A stretch of 64,000 bases of DNA from Candidatus Bathyarchaeia archaeon (GCA_038870975.1 JAVZJD010000001.1:768001-832000); one strand, 5' to 3'. Numbered from the stretch's first letter, positions 19,273 through 29,130 are shown. Notes: generated by a model not told the origin, from the letters alone. Translations and numbers: made by a program.

Positions 19273-20082
19273 ATGAGTATGCTGAAGCCTAAGTTTATAG
19301 ATAGAAGCTTCACATTACTAGCAGTAGGCTCGCTAGCAGTGCTTACGCTCTTCCTCCTTACAACCTTAGTGTCTATGAGCTGGTACACGAAGCCGGAGAC
19401 TTTTCTGAAAACCCTTTTATCGGAAGAAATCTCATTCTCGGTAAGACTCAGTATTGTGACAGCGACGGTATCCACAGGCTTTGCACTTGCTGTAGCAATT
19501 CCATCGGCGTACATGCTATCACGTACAGACTTTCCAGGCAAATCCCTAATAGATGCATTATTAGATATACCGATGATAATGCCTCCTATATCCCTAGGTG
19601 CCGCACTCTTAATATTCTTCTCAACTCCTCTTGGAAGAATTATACAAACCCACTTCGTTAGATTCGTTTTTGAACCTGCTGGCTTAATATTAGCACAATT
19701 CACAGTTGTAGTTGCTGTGTGTATAAGGATGTTGAAAGCTGCTTTTGATAGTGTAAACCCTAGGTATGAATTAGTTGCTAGAACATTAGGTTGCACGAAG
19801 GCTGAAGCCTTCCTAAAAGTCACACTTCCACTTGCTAAGAAAAACATATTAGCTGCGACGGTCATATCCTGGGCTAGAGCTGTAGGCGAATTTGGAGCTT
19901 CCGTTACCCTTGCTGGTGCTACAAGAATGAGAACTGAAACAATGCCTATTGCAATATTCCTAAGCTTGGCTTCTGCGGATGTGGAGAGAACCGTAGCCAT
20001 AATATTCATCCTACTCGGGATAGCTATAAGCGTTTTAGTCTTTCTTAGAAAGATTATAGGGGTTACACCCGTCTGGAGGTGA
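19273..20082 (+). CDS. modB: Molybdate/tungstate ABC permease
   Basis: FPGKSLIDALLDIPMIMPP, YELVARTLG (EAA loop), WARAVGEFGASV, TMPIAIF. Confidence 0.9.
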   Translation: MSMLKPKFIDRSFTLLAVGSLAVLTLFLLTTLVSMSWYTKPETFLKTLLSEEISFSVRLSIVTATVSTGFALAVAIPSAYMLSRTDFPGKSLIDALLDIPMIMPPISLGAALLIFFSTPLGRIIQTHFVRFVFEPAGLILAQFTVVVAVCIRMLKAAFDSVNPRYELVARTLGCTKAEAFLKVTLPLAKKNILAATVISWARAVGEFGASVTLAGATRMRTETMPIAIFLSLASADVERTVAIIFILLGIAISVLVFLRKIIGVTPVWR

Positions 20083-20435
20083 TACCCTTCATAAGCGAAG
20101 ACGATCGTGAGAGACAAGCTTTACCAACTAGTGCACCTCAGAAGGGGATAACGATTAACGTGGAATTTAGAGGGGAGGCTAAGAGACGGCTTGGAATAGG
20201 TAAACTTGTAGTTACCCTTCCAGAGGATGCTGGCCTACTGGAGCTTCTTGAAGAACTTGAAAAGAAGTTTGGTTGGCCGTTTAAAAGAGAGTTCGTAGAT
20301 GAATCTACGGGGGACTTAAGTCCTAGGGTTGTAGTCTTAGTGAATAAGGTCCCCTTACGTAGAAACTTTAGGTTTTTAAAGTTTAAGGGCGGAGAATCTG
20401 TTGTGCTTTTTCCACACACAGTTTGTGGAGGATAA
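20079..20435 (+). CDS. MoaD/ThiS-family ubiquitin-like protein (SAMP-like)
   Basis: Beta-grasp pattern (VEFRG...VVVLVN...V.LFP) with C-terminal GG; immediately upstream of the AOR. Confidence 0.8.
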   Translation: MIPFISEDDRERQALPTSAPQKGITINVEFRGEAKRRLGIGKLVVTLPEDAGLLELLEELEKKFGWPFKREFVDESTGDLSPRVVVLVNKVPLRRNFRFLKFKGGESVVLFPHTVCGG

Positions 20436-20441
20436 TTTCAC

Positions 20442-22253
20442 ATGTTAGGTTACGCTGGTAAGATCTTACGAGTAGATCTTAGTAGTGGTTCTTTTAAAAT
20501 TGAGCCTTTATCCGATCAAATGGTCAAGTCTTACATAGGTGGAAATGGATTCGGTGTAAGAATACTCTATGATGAAGTTCCTCCAAAAATAGACCCGTTA
20601 GGCATTGAGAATAAACTTATATTCGCTACAGGCCCCCTCTGTGGAACACCAATACCAATAGCCGTTAAATTTGGAGTATTTGCTAAATCACCTTTGACTG
20701 GGATTCTAGGTGAATCCTACTCTAGCGGCTTCTTTAGCGAGTATCTTAAAAAAGCCGGATACGACGTCTTAATAATCGAAGGAAAATCTGAAAAACCGGT
20801 TTTTCTCAAAATATTTGATGATGACATTAAACTTTGTGATGCAAGTAGCATTTGGGGAGCTACGTGCTGGGATGCTGAAAACATTCTGCGAAGCGATTTA
20901 GGTGAGAAGAGACTAGGCATTCTAAGCATAGGACCTGCTGGAGAAAACCTTGTTAAATTCGCCTGCATAACGAGTGACCGTTATAGACAGGCTGGTAGAT
21001 GTGGACTTGGAGCTGTTATGGGTGCGAAGAAGCTGAAAGCCATAGCTGTTCACGGTTCAAGCAGAATTGAAGTTGCTAACCCAGACGGTGTCTTAGAAGT
21101 CGCTAAAGGGATCGTTGAAAAATCTAAAAGTGCTAGAATTGAACACCATAGAGTTTACGGCACATTGGGAACCCTTGAAATAGCTAATGCGCAGGAAGCA
21201 CTTCCAACTAGGAACTGGACATATGGCTTCTTCGAAAAAGCTGAAGACGTAGATGCTGAGTACATGCTTAGAAATACGTTCGTCAGAGATGTTGGTTGCT
21301 TAAACAGATGTCCTATAAAATGTGGAAAATACAACGTTGTTAGAGATGGACCGTTCAAAGGAACAGCCATAGTGGGGCCCGAATACCAGAGTACCTATGC
21401 CTTAGGCCCCAACTGCTTTATAGATGATTTAAAGGCCGTGATTAAGGCTAACGAACTCTGCGATAAGTTGGGCATAGATACAATTACTGGAGGTTGTACA
21501 GTGGCTTTTGCTATGGAATGTTTCGAAAGAGGGATACTATCGGAGGAAGATTTAGGGTTTAAACTTAGATTTGGAGACCCAGAGGCTCTCATGAGGCTTT
21601 TAGAGCTTATAGCCTATAGGAAGGGTATAGGTAACCTTTTAGCTGAAGGTTCTAAAAGGGCCTCTGAAAAGCTAGGAGCTGAAGCTTTAGCCGTTCATGT
21701 TAAGGGATTAGAGTGCCCAGGATATGATGCTCGTGTACTTAAAGGAACAGCCCTTCAGTACGCTGTTTCAAGTAGAGGAGCCTGCCACTTGAGAGCTAGA
21801 GCGCAAGTGCCAGAGCTCACAGGGGCTATTGACCGTTTAGAAATTGAGGGGAAGGGTAAGCTTGTCAAAGAGAGAGAAGACCTATTCACGCTTTTCGACT
21901 CGCTCATAGTTTGTAAGTTTGCTCTACCGATATTCGAACTACTCGATATAGCCAAAGCCTATAACTGTGTTACTGGCATCGCTCTGACTGAGAAAGAACT
22001 ATTGACGATAGGTGAGCGTATAACGAACCTTGAAAGACTTTTCAATATACGTGAAGGTGTAACCCGCAAATGGGACACATTACCTGAGAAAATACTTTCA
22101 CATCCAAATCAAGGCATGGTAACATCTAGAGGAGAACTCAACACTATGCTCGACGAATACTATCGGCTCAGAGGATGGGATTTAGAAACAGGTAAGCCCA
22201 CAGTTGAAAAGCTTGAAGAGCTCAACCTGTTCCAACGGAAACCTATAGCATAG
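20442..22253 (+). CDS. Tungsten-containing aldehyde:ferredoxin oxidoreductase family protein
   Basis: GYAGKILRVDL, KSPLTG, IGPAGE, GR.GLGAVMG.K.LKA, CLNRCPIKC, GPEY, D.LGIDTI, RGACH, DSLIVC. Confidence 0.93.
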   Translation: MLGYAGKILRVDLSSGSFKIEPLSDQMVKSYIGGNGFGVRILYDEVPPKIDPLGIENKLIFATGPLCGTPIPIAVKFGVFAKSPLTGILGESYSSGFFSEYLKKAGYDVLIIEGKSEKPVFLKIFDDDIKLCDASSIWGATCWDAENILRSDLGEKRLGILSIGPAGENLVKFACITSDRYRQAGRCGLGAVMGAKKLKAIAVHGSSRIEVANPDGVLEVAKGIVEKSKSARIEHHRVYGTLGTLEIANAQEALPTRNWTYGFFEKAEDVDAEYMLRNTFVRDVGCLNRCPIKCGKYNVVRDGPFKGTAIVGPEYQSTYALGPNCFIDDLKAVIKANELCDKLGIDTITGGCTVAFAMECFERGILSEEDLGFKLRFGDPEALMRLLELIAYRKGIGNLLAEGSKRASEKLGAEALAVHVKGLECPGYDARVLKGTALQYAVSSRGACHLRARAQVPELTGAIDRLEIEGKGKLVKEREDLFTLFDSLIVCKFALPIFELLDIAKAYNCVTGIALTEKELLTIGERITNLERLFNIREGVTRKWDTLPEKILSHPNQGMVTSRGELNTMLDEYYRLRGWDLETGKPTVEKLEELNLFQRKPIA

Positions 22254-22874
22254 TTTAAACTCATAAGATAAACAGTTGCACGCTTAACAGGCTTAACCAT
22301 AAATAAAAGACGTGGTGTAATAGGCCATTTATGAGGCGTGGGTAAGTGTATGATGAATTGTACTAAAAGTTTTCTAGGATCGTAAGAGTTAACAGTCTTC
22401 TAATTGTAAGGGGGTAAAATGCATAGTTTTAACACCAATCGAATGAAGTTCTGGCAACATTTCCTTCACCACCTTGCAAATTTCCTCAGATAAACTCATG
22501 TATCTTTCAACATCATCTTTTAAGACGTTAAAAACCATATCCAAAGCTTTCTTTCTTCTCGCATACCTTTATCCAAGTTTTGAGTCGATCAACCACATCG
22601 ATGCATGTACTGACAACCTCAACTATATCCATCTTAAATATATCCATCATCGATGAGATTATTTAACTGCTACAATCTTTTAAGAGTCTATACTATGAAT
22701 ACCTACACAGTCTTCATCAACGATGACCATTTTTCGTTAATATGAATAGGGCTTTTTTAAAGGAAATGATAGGAGCGATTAATGGAAAAGCCTCCTCTTT
22801 TAGGAGATTGCAGAATAACAGATTATAAAAATGAAGTTACTCGACTTTTATGGAAAATATCCTCTCCATAGCTT

Positions 22875-23108
22875 CTATTTAATGAGTTTTTCAAACGCCC
22901 TACGTATCTCGCTTATCTGTCTCTTTATCTCGTTCAACTCACTTCTGAGGGCTTTAACTACTTCCTCTAGATCTGCTTCGCTTTCTACCGTTACTTTGAA
23001 GCATGGAGTACCGTACCAGTCTTGAACACCTTGAGATAGTTTTATGAGAGGATGCTTTTTGATTAGTCCAGCTCCACCATCATATGGAAGCATTATTACG
23101 ATGCGCAT
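22875..23108 (-). CDS. Small hypothetical protein with a C-terminal coiled coil
   Basis: 77-aa ORF with coding-like composition; no recognised family. Confidence 0.4.
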   Translation of the reverse strand: MRIVIMLPYDGGAGLIKKHPLIKLSQGVQDWYGTPCFKVTVESEADLEEVVKALRSELNEIKRQISEIRRAFEKLIK

Positions 23109-23361
23109 TCGTGATGTATGTTCATCATTTTAGCAAGTTAGAAAATCTACATAATCCTTAGTTCTAGCGAGTCTTGTAACTCCAACATATCAATAATGCA
23201 GGTGCTCTGCTATTCTAGAGATACTTCATGTGTATACCAATAAGCCGAGTAGTTTACAAGGTTTTATCACGCGTCCTATGCCTCTCACCATTTTTAAGAT
23301 TGTTTGGAGATTACGCAGTAAAATTTAAATCTTTTTCATGTTTATCTCTTAAGAGATAAAC

Positions 23362-24366
23362 ATGAAAAAGTTAATAATTGCAATGGTATTAATTTCGCTG
23401 GTCATCTGTTTTACCTTTTCTTGGTTTTATTTAATACCTCGGCTACGGCGTAGGCAGTTATTTAATATAGGTGTGGCAGTCGAATTTAACAACCATGCTA
23501 CCTGTGCATGGATTGCGCACCACTATGGTTGGTTTGAAGATGAAGGGCTTAACCTCACATGCTTTGAAGCCTACGTAACTGGTACGGCATTAGCATCTGC
23601 TGTAGCGAGAGGAGATATTCAAGCGGCTTATATGTGTCTCGGACCTGCTCTATTGTTGTACTCACGTGGTGTCCCTATAAAGATCGTTGCTGGTTTGCAT
23701 CTCTACGGTTTCGCTATTGTGGCAAAACCCGAGATAGTAAGTATAACAGACTTAGATGGTAAAGTAGTAGGTGTTGTCGCTGAAGGCTCGCAGGCAGATT
23801 TACTCCTGCGTTTTACAGTTGACAAGTATAATCTTAAAAACGTAGATATACGGCGTATGAATCCTCCAATGGCTTTAACTGCTTTAATCGCTGGAAAAAT
23901 TGACGCCGCTTGTATTCCTGAATTTTTCGCTACATTAGCTGAGGTTCAAGGCTTCCATATGGTTGCACGCAGTCAAGACCTATGGCCAAACATGCAAGGT
24001 AGTGTTTTAGTGGTTAAAGAGGATTTAATAAAGGAGCACCCAGAAGTTGTGAAAAAGCTTGTGTCGCTTGTAGTAAGGGGGACAAACTTTATACACGATC
24101 AGCCGGATTTAGCAGCATCAGTCCTCACAGATGAGTTGAAAGGGGCAAAAGTCTTAGGCGTATCGCAGGAGGTCCTCGATATTCTAGGTAGTCAAATGGA
24201 ACTTGTGACAGCTGACCTCTTAAAGAGGTCTATGAACAACCTTGAGTATAGCTATGAAATAGATATCAATGTTGTTCAAAATTGTATAGATTTTATGGCT
24301 AAGTTGGAATATGTAGAACAATTTAACGCCAGTGATATTTTAGACCTAAGCTTCCTCTGGGGATGA
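23362..24366 (+). CDS. NitT/TauT (SsuA/NMT1-like) ABC substrate-binding protein
   Basis: N-terminal TM anchor, G.FEDEGL, DLDGK.VGV...GS, GKIDAA..PE. Confidence 0.85.
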   Translation: MKKLIIAMVLISLVICFTFSWFYLIPRLRRRQLFNIGVAVEFNNHATCAWIAHHYGWFEDEGLNLTCFEAYVTGTALASAVARGDIQAAYMCLGPALLLYSRGVPIKIVAGLHLYGFAIVAKPEIVSITDLDGKVVGVVAEGSQADLLLRFTVDKYNLKNVDIRRMNPPMALTALIAGKIDAACIPEFFATLAEVQGFHMVARSQDLWPNMQGSVLVVKEDLIKEHPEVVKKLVSLVVRGTNFIHDQPDLAASVLTDELKGAKVLGVSQEVLDILGSQMELVTADLLKRSMNNLEYSYEIDINVVQNCIDFMAKLEYVEQFNASDILDLSFLWG

Positions 24367-24370
24367 GGTC

Positions 24371-25117
24371 ATGAAGAAACTTGAAAAATTGTTCTGGCTT
24401 ACACCCATATTGATACTCTTAGCAATCTGGGAGGTGGTGGCAAGATCCGGAATCATGCCTCAATACCTTTTTCCATCCTTTTCACAAGTAGTCGTCAGAA
24501 CCTATCTCTTAATAATCAGAGGCACTCTTACGACTCACTTTTTCAGTAGCTTGATTAGGGTTTTAGTAGGTTTTCTCTTAGGATCTTTAGCAGGTCTTGG
24601 AGTAGGTATTCTCATGGGCTGTTCTGACGTTTTAAACAGGACTTTGCAGCCAGTTCTTAGCCTTTTAATGCCCATTCCAGCCCTAGGTTGGCTTCCACTT
24701 CTCATATTATGGATTGGCATAGGCGAAGCCTTGCCAATAACCGTAATATTCTTATGCTCTTTTTTCCCTGTAACATACAATACTGCAACAGGTATCCGAG
24801 GAGTACCTAGAGAATACGTTAGAGTCGCGAGGACTTTAGGAGCATCTAGAATAGAGGTTTTGAAGACAATACTGATTCCTCTTGCTCTGCCAAGTATCTT
24901 CACAGGGTTGAGATTAGAAGCTGGGATGGCTTGGAGAGTGATAATAGCCGCAGAGATGATAGCAATTCCCAGTGGAATAGGTGCTCTAATGATCGCCTCT
25001 GAAAACCTCCTGATGGTTGACGTCATTATGGTGTGTTTAATGGTTTTAGCTATAATGTGTCTCTTATTTGAAAGAATTTTCCTCTTCTTAGAGCAAAGAT
25101 TTACCAAGTGGAGGTGA
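24371..25117 (+). CDS. NitT/TauT ABC permease
   Basis: PIPALGWLPL, ARTLGAS EAA loop, AWRVIIAAEM, SGIG. Confidence 0.9.
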   Translation: MKKLEKLFWLTPILILLAIWEVVARSGIMPQYLFPSFSQVVVRTYLLIIRGTLTTHFFSSLIRVLVGFLLGSLAGLGVGILMGCSDVLNRTLQPVLSLLMPIPALGWLPLLILWIGIGEALPITVIFLCSFFPVTYNTATGIRGVPREYVRVARTLGASRIEVLKTILIPLALPSIFTGLRLEAGMAWRVIIAAEMIAIPSGIGALMIASENLLMVDVIMVCLMVLAIMCLLFERIFLFLEQRFTKWR

Positions 25118-26181
25118 CCATTATACCGAATATTAAACTTAAGAATGTGTCAAACTTCATTCTGCGGAATATAAACTTGGAGATAATGGAAGGTGAATTG
25201 TTCACACTCTTAGGGCCATCAGGTTCTGGAAAAACAACTTTGTTAAATGTAATAGCCGGGCTTGTTGAATATGAAGGAAGCGTCTTCTTTGATGATAAAC
25301 CTATAGATATGGTTCCTCCAGAAGATAGAGGAATAGGATATGTACCGCAAGACCAACTTTTATTCCCCCATCTAAAAGTAGCAGATAATGTCGGTTATAG
25401 TTTAAAAGTATTGAAAAAACCTAAAACATTTATTGAGAAAAGAGTAGATGAGCTTTTAAGAATGATGGGTATAACGCATTTAAAGTATCGTTATATCAAG
25501 GACTTAAGTGGAGGAGAAAAGCAACGTGTAGCACTTGCTCGTGCGCTTGCAAACGAACCTAAGGTTTTACTACTAGATGAACCGTTCAATAACCTAGATC
25601 CAAATACTGCAAGTTACCTTAGACTTGAGATTAAACGTCTTCAAAGAAGGCTAGGTATAACGACAATCTTCGTCACACATGATATAAATGAAGCTGAAGA
25701 AATGAGCGATAGAGTTGGAATACTGTATCAAGGTGAGCTTCAACAAGTTTCAACATTCGATGAAATCATTTTCTCGCCAAGAAATGTAAAGGTATCAGAC
25801 TTTATTGGAGATTTAAACATTTTAACTTGCGAATGTAGAGGTAATTCAGGTGGTCTAGCCATATGCTATTGCCAAGGCATTCCAATCTTTGTGCTCACCG
25901 ATAGTAACTCAATAAGAAAGATAGCAATAGACCCTAAAGATGTATTTGTTACAACTGAACTAACCGATATTTTAGGCTCTCGTATTAACGTTTTCAAAGG
26001 TATTGTTATAGACATGTTAGAGATGCCAAGCCAGATGGTGAAAGTTAGGGTAAAACTTGAAAACGGTGTAGTGATCTCTTCGGTTATGCCTAAAGAAGCT
26101 TCCCACGAACTAACGAATGGAAAAGAAGTCTTTATAAAACTACCGCTTAAAGCTATGAGAATGATAGACCACAGCACTTAA
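25108..26181 (+). CDS. ABC ATPase with C-terminal TOBE domain (true start possibly ATA at 25123)
   Basis: GPSGSGKT, LSGGEKQR, LLLDEP, VTHD. Confidence 0.9.
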   Translation: MEVTIIPNIKLKNVSNFILRNINLEIMEGELFTLLGPSGSGKTTLLNVIAGLVEYEGSVFFDDKPIDMVPPEDRGIGYVPQDQLLFPHLKVADNVGYSLKVLKKPKTFIEKRVDELLRMMGITHLKYRYIKDLSGGEKQRVALARALANEPKVLLLDEPFNNLDPNTASYLRLEIKRLQRRLGITTIFVTHDINEAEEMSDRVGILYQGELQQVSTFDEIIFSPRNVKVSDFIGDLNILTCECRGNSGGLAICYCQGIPIFVLTDSNSIRKIAIDPKDVFVTTELTDILGSRINVFKGIVIDMLEMPSQMVKVRVKLENGVVISSVMPKEASHELTNGKEVFIKLPLKAMRMIDHST

Positions 26182-26197
26182 GAGGTGTAAAAACAAC

Positions 26198-26965
26198 ATG
26201 TACGAGGAGTTATACGAGAAGTTTTCCAAAATTGTGGAAGTTAACAATCTTCTATCGGCTAGGGTAAAGTGTGTGATTTTAGGAGGTGATGCTTTAAGAC
26301 TTCCTTCAGGAGAATACCTTGCTGCGCGTGGTAAAGAGGTTGTAGTACACTGTGAAGTTGAAGGAGGCTTTGGACAGGCCTTCACAAGCTTCCCCAGAGA
26401 GTTTGATGGAACTGTCAGAGACGTGCTAGAGTTTATTCATGGAGATGATTGGAAGAGGGCGGTCTTTTTCGCTACGCTCAATGCTGTCCTCCATAAGTTA
26501 GGCATGGTTAAGGGAACGATTCACTGTAGAGAGTCTGAACCTGAAATCTGTGGTAGAGAATTGGTTTCCTACATCCTGTCGAAATTCGGTCGAGTTAAAA
26601 TAGCTCATATCGGCTACCAGCCTGGGCATGTCAAAGCCTTAGCCAGGCTCCTAGGCTCCGAAGGAGTCTACGTTACAGATTTAGATCCAGCGAACATAGG
26701 TCAGGTTAAATTTGGGATTGAAATATTGGATGGAAGATTAAACCAGGATATACTGCGTAAAGTAGATGTAGCATATATTACGGGTAGTGCAGCAGTCAAT
26801 GGGACCCTCCCAGAGCTACTCGACTTATGCAAAGTCTACGGTGTTAAACCAGTAGTCTATGGAGTTACAGGGAAAGGCTTAGCGAATCTGTTGAAACTGG
26901 AGGTCTTCTGCCCCTACGGTCACGATTCGCTAAATTCTCCATTGAGATTAAATGTAAAACTATAG
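26198..26965 (+). CDS. DUF364-like Rossmann-fold protein (putative metal/cofactor-binding)
   Basis: GQAFT, RA.F.ATLNAV, HC...P..C, IG.QP, D.A.ITGS..VNGT, YGVT. Confidence 0.7.
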   Translation: MYEELYEKFSKIVEVNNLLSARVKCVILGGDALRLPSGEYLAARGKEVVVHCEVEGGFGQAFTSFPREFDGTVRDVLEFIHGDDWKRAVFFATLNAVLHKLGMVKGTIHCRESEPEICGRELVSYILSKFGRVKIAHIGYQPGHVKALARLLGSEGVYVTDLDPANIGQVKFGIEILDGRLNQDILRKVDVAYITGSAAVNGTLPELLDLCKVYGVKPVVYGVTGKGLANLLKLEVFCPYGHDSLNSPLRLNVKL

Positions 26966-27022
26966 TTTTCCCCTAGTTGAGAAAGGCTAATATTTGAGGA
27001 GTACAAACTATCTAGACGATGT

Positions 27023-27138
27023 GGGCCCGTGGCGCAGAACTCCGCCTATAGTAAGTGAGACATAAGCGGGGTGTGCAAGCAGGACAGCGCATCGGCCCTC
27101 TAAGCCGGGGGTCGTGGGTTCAAATCCCACCGGGCCCG
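27023..27138 (+). tRNA. tRNA-Arg(TCT) with a 41-nt non-canonical D-loop intron (27038-27078); CCA not encoded
   Basis: Acceptor stem GGGCCCG/CGGGCCC, D-stem GCGC/GCGC, anticodon arm TCGGC-CCTCTAA-GCCGG, T-arm GTGGG-TTCAAAT-CCCAC. Confidence 0.93.
27038..27078 (+). other. BHB tRNA intron at position 15/16
   Basis: Central helix GCGC(27032-35)/GTGC(27073-76); bulges AGA(27036-38) and AAG(27077-79); intron stem ACTCCGC/GCGGGGT; outer pairs T-A and G-C. Confidence 0.85.
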
Positions 27139-27370
27139 CTTCTAAGACCTTGTCGGAAGAATTAAACCCGTAATTTTGAATCCATGCCTACTCCATCTTC
27201 TCTATCTGATACAGAATAGTAGACGTTAGTCTCTTATTCCTGCGATAAACTTCAAAGGATATTAAACAGCGTCTTACACATATAAAGACCCATTTTCCAA
27301 ATGTTGGGGAATAGGAAGGTTCATATCGGCAGTCATGTAAAGATGCGTGGGTGATCAACTTTTAATAGAA

Positions 27371-27390
27371 GCTTAGACCCAAGTCTAAGC
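27371..27390. promoter_or_regulatory. Perfect 8-bp inverted repeat between a TATA-like box and an ATG; putative operator
   Basis: GCTTAGAC-ccaa-GTCTAAGC; TTTAATA immediately upstream; ATG at 27397. Confidence 0.45.
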
Positions 27391-27396
27391 GATAAA

Positions 27397-28167
27397 ATGG
27401 GTGAGTTCTTCCTACAGTTTTCTCTTGAAGATGCTCGTAGGTCTGTATTTTCTCCATACTTTGGAAGGCTTATCATAACGAGGGAGGATATGCGTAGAGT
27501 TCTTGACTTGGAATATTACGATAGAAGGCTTTTCGAAGTATGGCACGCCGTCTACGGGATAGCGGAGTTTAAGGATTTCCAAATGAAGATAAACCTAGTT
27601 AAGAGAAGAGAGGAAGCTAAAAGGCTGTATGAGGAATTTCTACAGCGTTTAAAGACTGAGGATAGAAGGCTTATGCTGGAGGCTTCTGAAGCGCAGGATA
27701 GGCTAGAGCAGGAAGTGGTTAACACAGTTAAGCCTTGGGATTTATGGCTTATAGGCCCTGAACTCTCGCTTAGAGTTTCTTGGCAGAATAGGCTATTCAT
27801 ATGTAGATGTATGAAGGAGGAGGTTACAGAGGAAAAGTCTACTTGGAGCCCTGAGAAATGGCGGGTCACCTATAGAGTAGGAAGGAAAGAGTATAGGAAG
27901 GATTCAGATAAATACGGCTTCCTCACAATCTGGTATAAGTGGATAGAAGCACCCATTGAAATAGTAGAATTTCAGGTGTTTGGATTAAGCGCCCCTAAGT
28001 CTCAAACAGCTCTATCTAAGGAAGCGGTTTTCAAAAACGAACTATCCAACCTAGGATACACCATAATATACAATGGTAACGTACACTACGGCAACTGCAA
28101 CTACCATGTCGAAGTAGTAGGAAGATGCGGGGAACAGACAGAAAGTAGAAACTACTGGGGACCATAA
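27397..28167 (+). CDS. Hypothetical protein (orphan, downstream of the tRNA)
   Basis: 256-aa ORF with coding-like composition; no recognised motif. Confidence 0.6.
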   Translation: MGEFFLQFSLEDARRSVFSPYFGRLIITREDMRRVLDLEYYDRRLFEVWHAVYGIAEFKDFQMKINLVKRREEAKRLYEEFLQRLKTEDRRLMLEASEAQDRLEQEVVNTVKPWDLWLIGPELSLRVSWQNRLFICRCMKEEVTEEKSTWSPEKWRVTYRVGRKEYRKDSDKYGFLTIWYKWIEAPIEIVEFQVFGLSAPKSQTALSKEAVFKNELSNLGYTIIYNGNVHYGNCNYHVEVVGRCGEQTESRNYWGP

Positions 28168-28221
28168 AATGCGTGTTAAAGATGCGGTAAATTCATTCTA
28201 CTTCTAGAAAAAAATATGCCT

Positions 28222-28252
28222 CCTTTGATAAAAGGCAAATTTTTATCAAAGG
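28222..28252. repeat. Perfect 12-bp inverted repeat between convergent genes (possible terminator or processing hairpin)
   Basis: CCTTTGATAAAA-ggcaaat-TTTTATCAAAGG. Confidence 0.5.
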
Positions 28253-28341
28253 CTGTTCAATAGCCGGCTCAACAATTTCCGCAGTATTCTCATAAAATAA
28301 GGCGTCACAGTACCTCATATCGTATGCCATCTACGTAGAAG

Positions 28342-29130
28342 TCACCAATAGTATATCTCTTTAGCGTTTTTAATAATCTTACGTACGGTTCTCGCATCTA
28401 AGCGTTCTACCCCTGGCCTCATAGCGTACTCATCAGCGTAATCGCTTCTACAAAGCTCCAATCTAACTTCAATCGGCGGTTCGAGAATAAAGGGTTTAAA
28501 CACCTCAGTTTTAATACGTTGAACAGCCCTCATAGCAACGTCATGTATCATCTTATTGGCGAGCTTGGGGGAAATACACTTAGCTCTATTTCTGCCAAGT
28601 CCCTCTTTAACAGCAACTAATTCGATATTTCCGAAGAAGCTACAGGCCTCTTCACATGCGGCTTTATCTCCTGTAACCATGATGACTGGTACGCCGAAAG
28701 CACCAGCATAAGCTCCCGCTTGACCAATTTCACCGAATTTCCTCCCGTTAATGTAGAGGTTTAACCATGAAGTCGACGATTGAGTGCGGTCTAGAAATCC
28801 ATTTAGAGTTCCAGCCATTGCATGACATCCAACTTGCATCAACCCATCGAAGGTTTCATCGAGGCTTGGCATAACTTCCAATGGATTTTTCACAGTTTCA
28901 TACATTGCTCGTTCATCCAACATCTCAAGTATGAAATTATCACCACCACCATGTCCATCTAATACAACAACATCTGTAGCTCCACCATCGAAGGCTCCTG
29001 CAATAGCTGAGTTAACGTCTTCGCAAAGTAACCTGCGGGCTTTCTCATATTCTGAATGCCCCTTCTGAACCTGCTCAGGACGCCAAATACCGCTAACCCC
29101 CTCCATATCCGTTATAATGTAAATCTTCAT
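28342..29130 (-). CDS. M55-family D-aminopeptidase (DppA-like)
   Basis: DMEG.SG, V.DGH, G.HA.AG, GE, PV.MVTGD, VAVKEG. Confidence 0.88.
   Translation of the reverse strand: MKIYIITDMEGVSGIWRPEQVQKGHSEYEKARRLLCEDVNSAIAGAFDGGATDVVVLDGHGGGDNFILEMLDERAMYETVKNPLEVMPSLDETFDGLMQVGCHAMAGTLNGFLDRTQSSTSWLNLYINGRKFGEIGQAGAYAGAFGVPVIMVTGDKAACEEACSFFGNIELVAVKEGLGRNRAKCISPKLANKMIHDVAMRAVQRIKTEVFKPFILEPPIEVRLELCRSDYADEYAMRPGVERLDARTVRKIIKNAKEIYYW

Noticed and set aside
22260-22870. C/D-box sRNA (ATGATGA at about 22350) or short ORFs
   Set aside because: No correctly spaced CTGA D box; ORFs are short and broken, probably decayed sequence.
27100-27400. Integrated element or att site at tRNA-Arg
   Set aside because: No duplicate of the tRNA end and no integrase seen in the window.
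28215-28260. 12-bp hairpin as a BHB intron
   Set aside because: Flanks do not form a central helix, and the hairpin is not within a recognisable gene.
28195-28330. 45-codon minus-strand ORF (MAYDMRYC...) downstream of the M55 peptidase
   Set aside because: No recognisable motif; could be chance.
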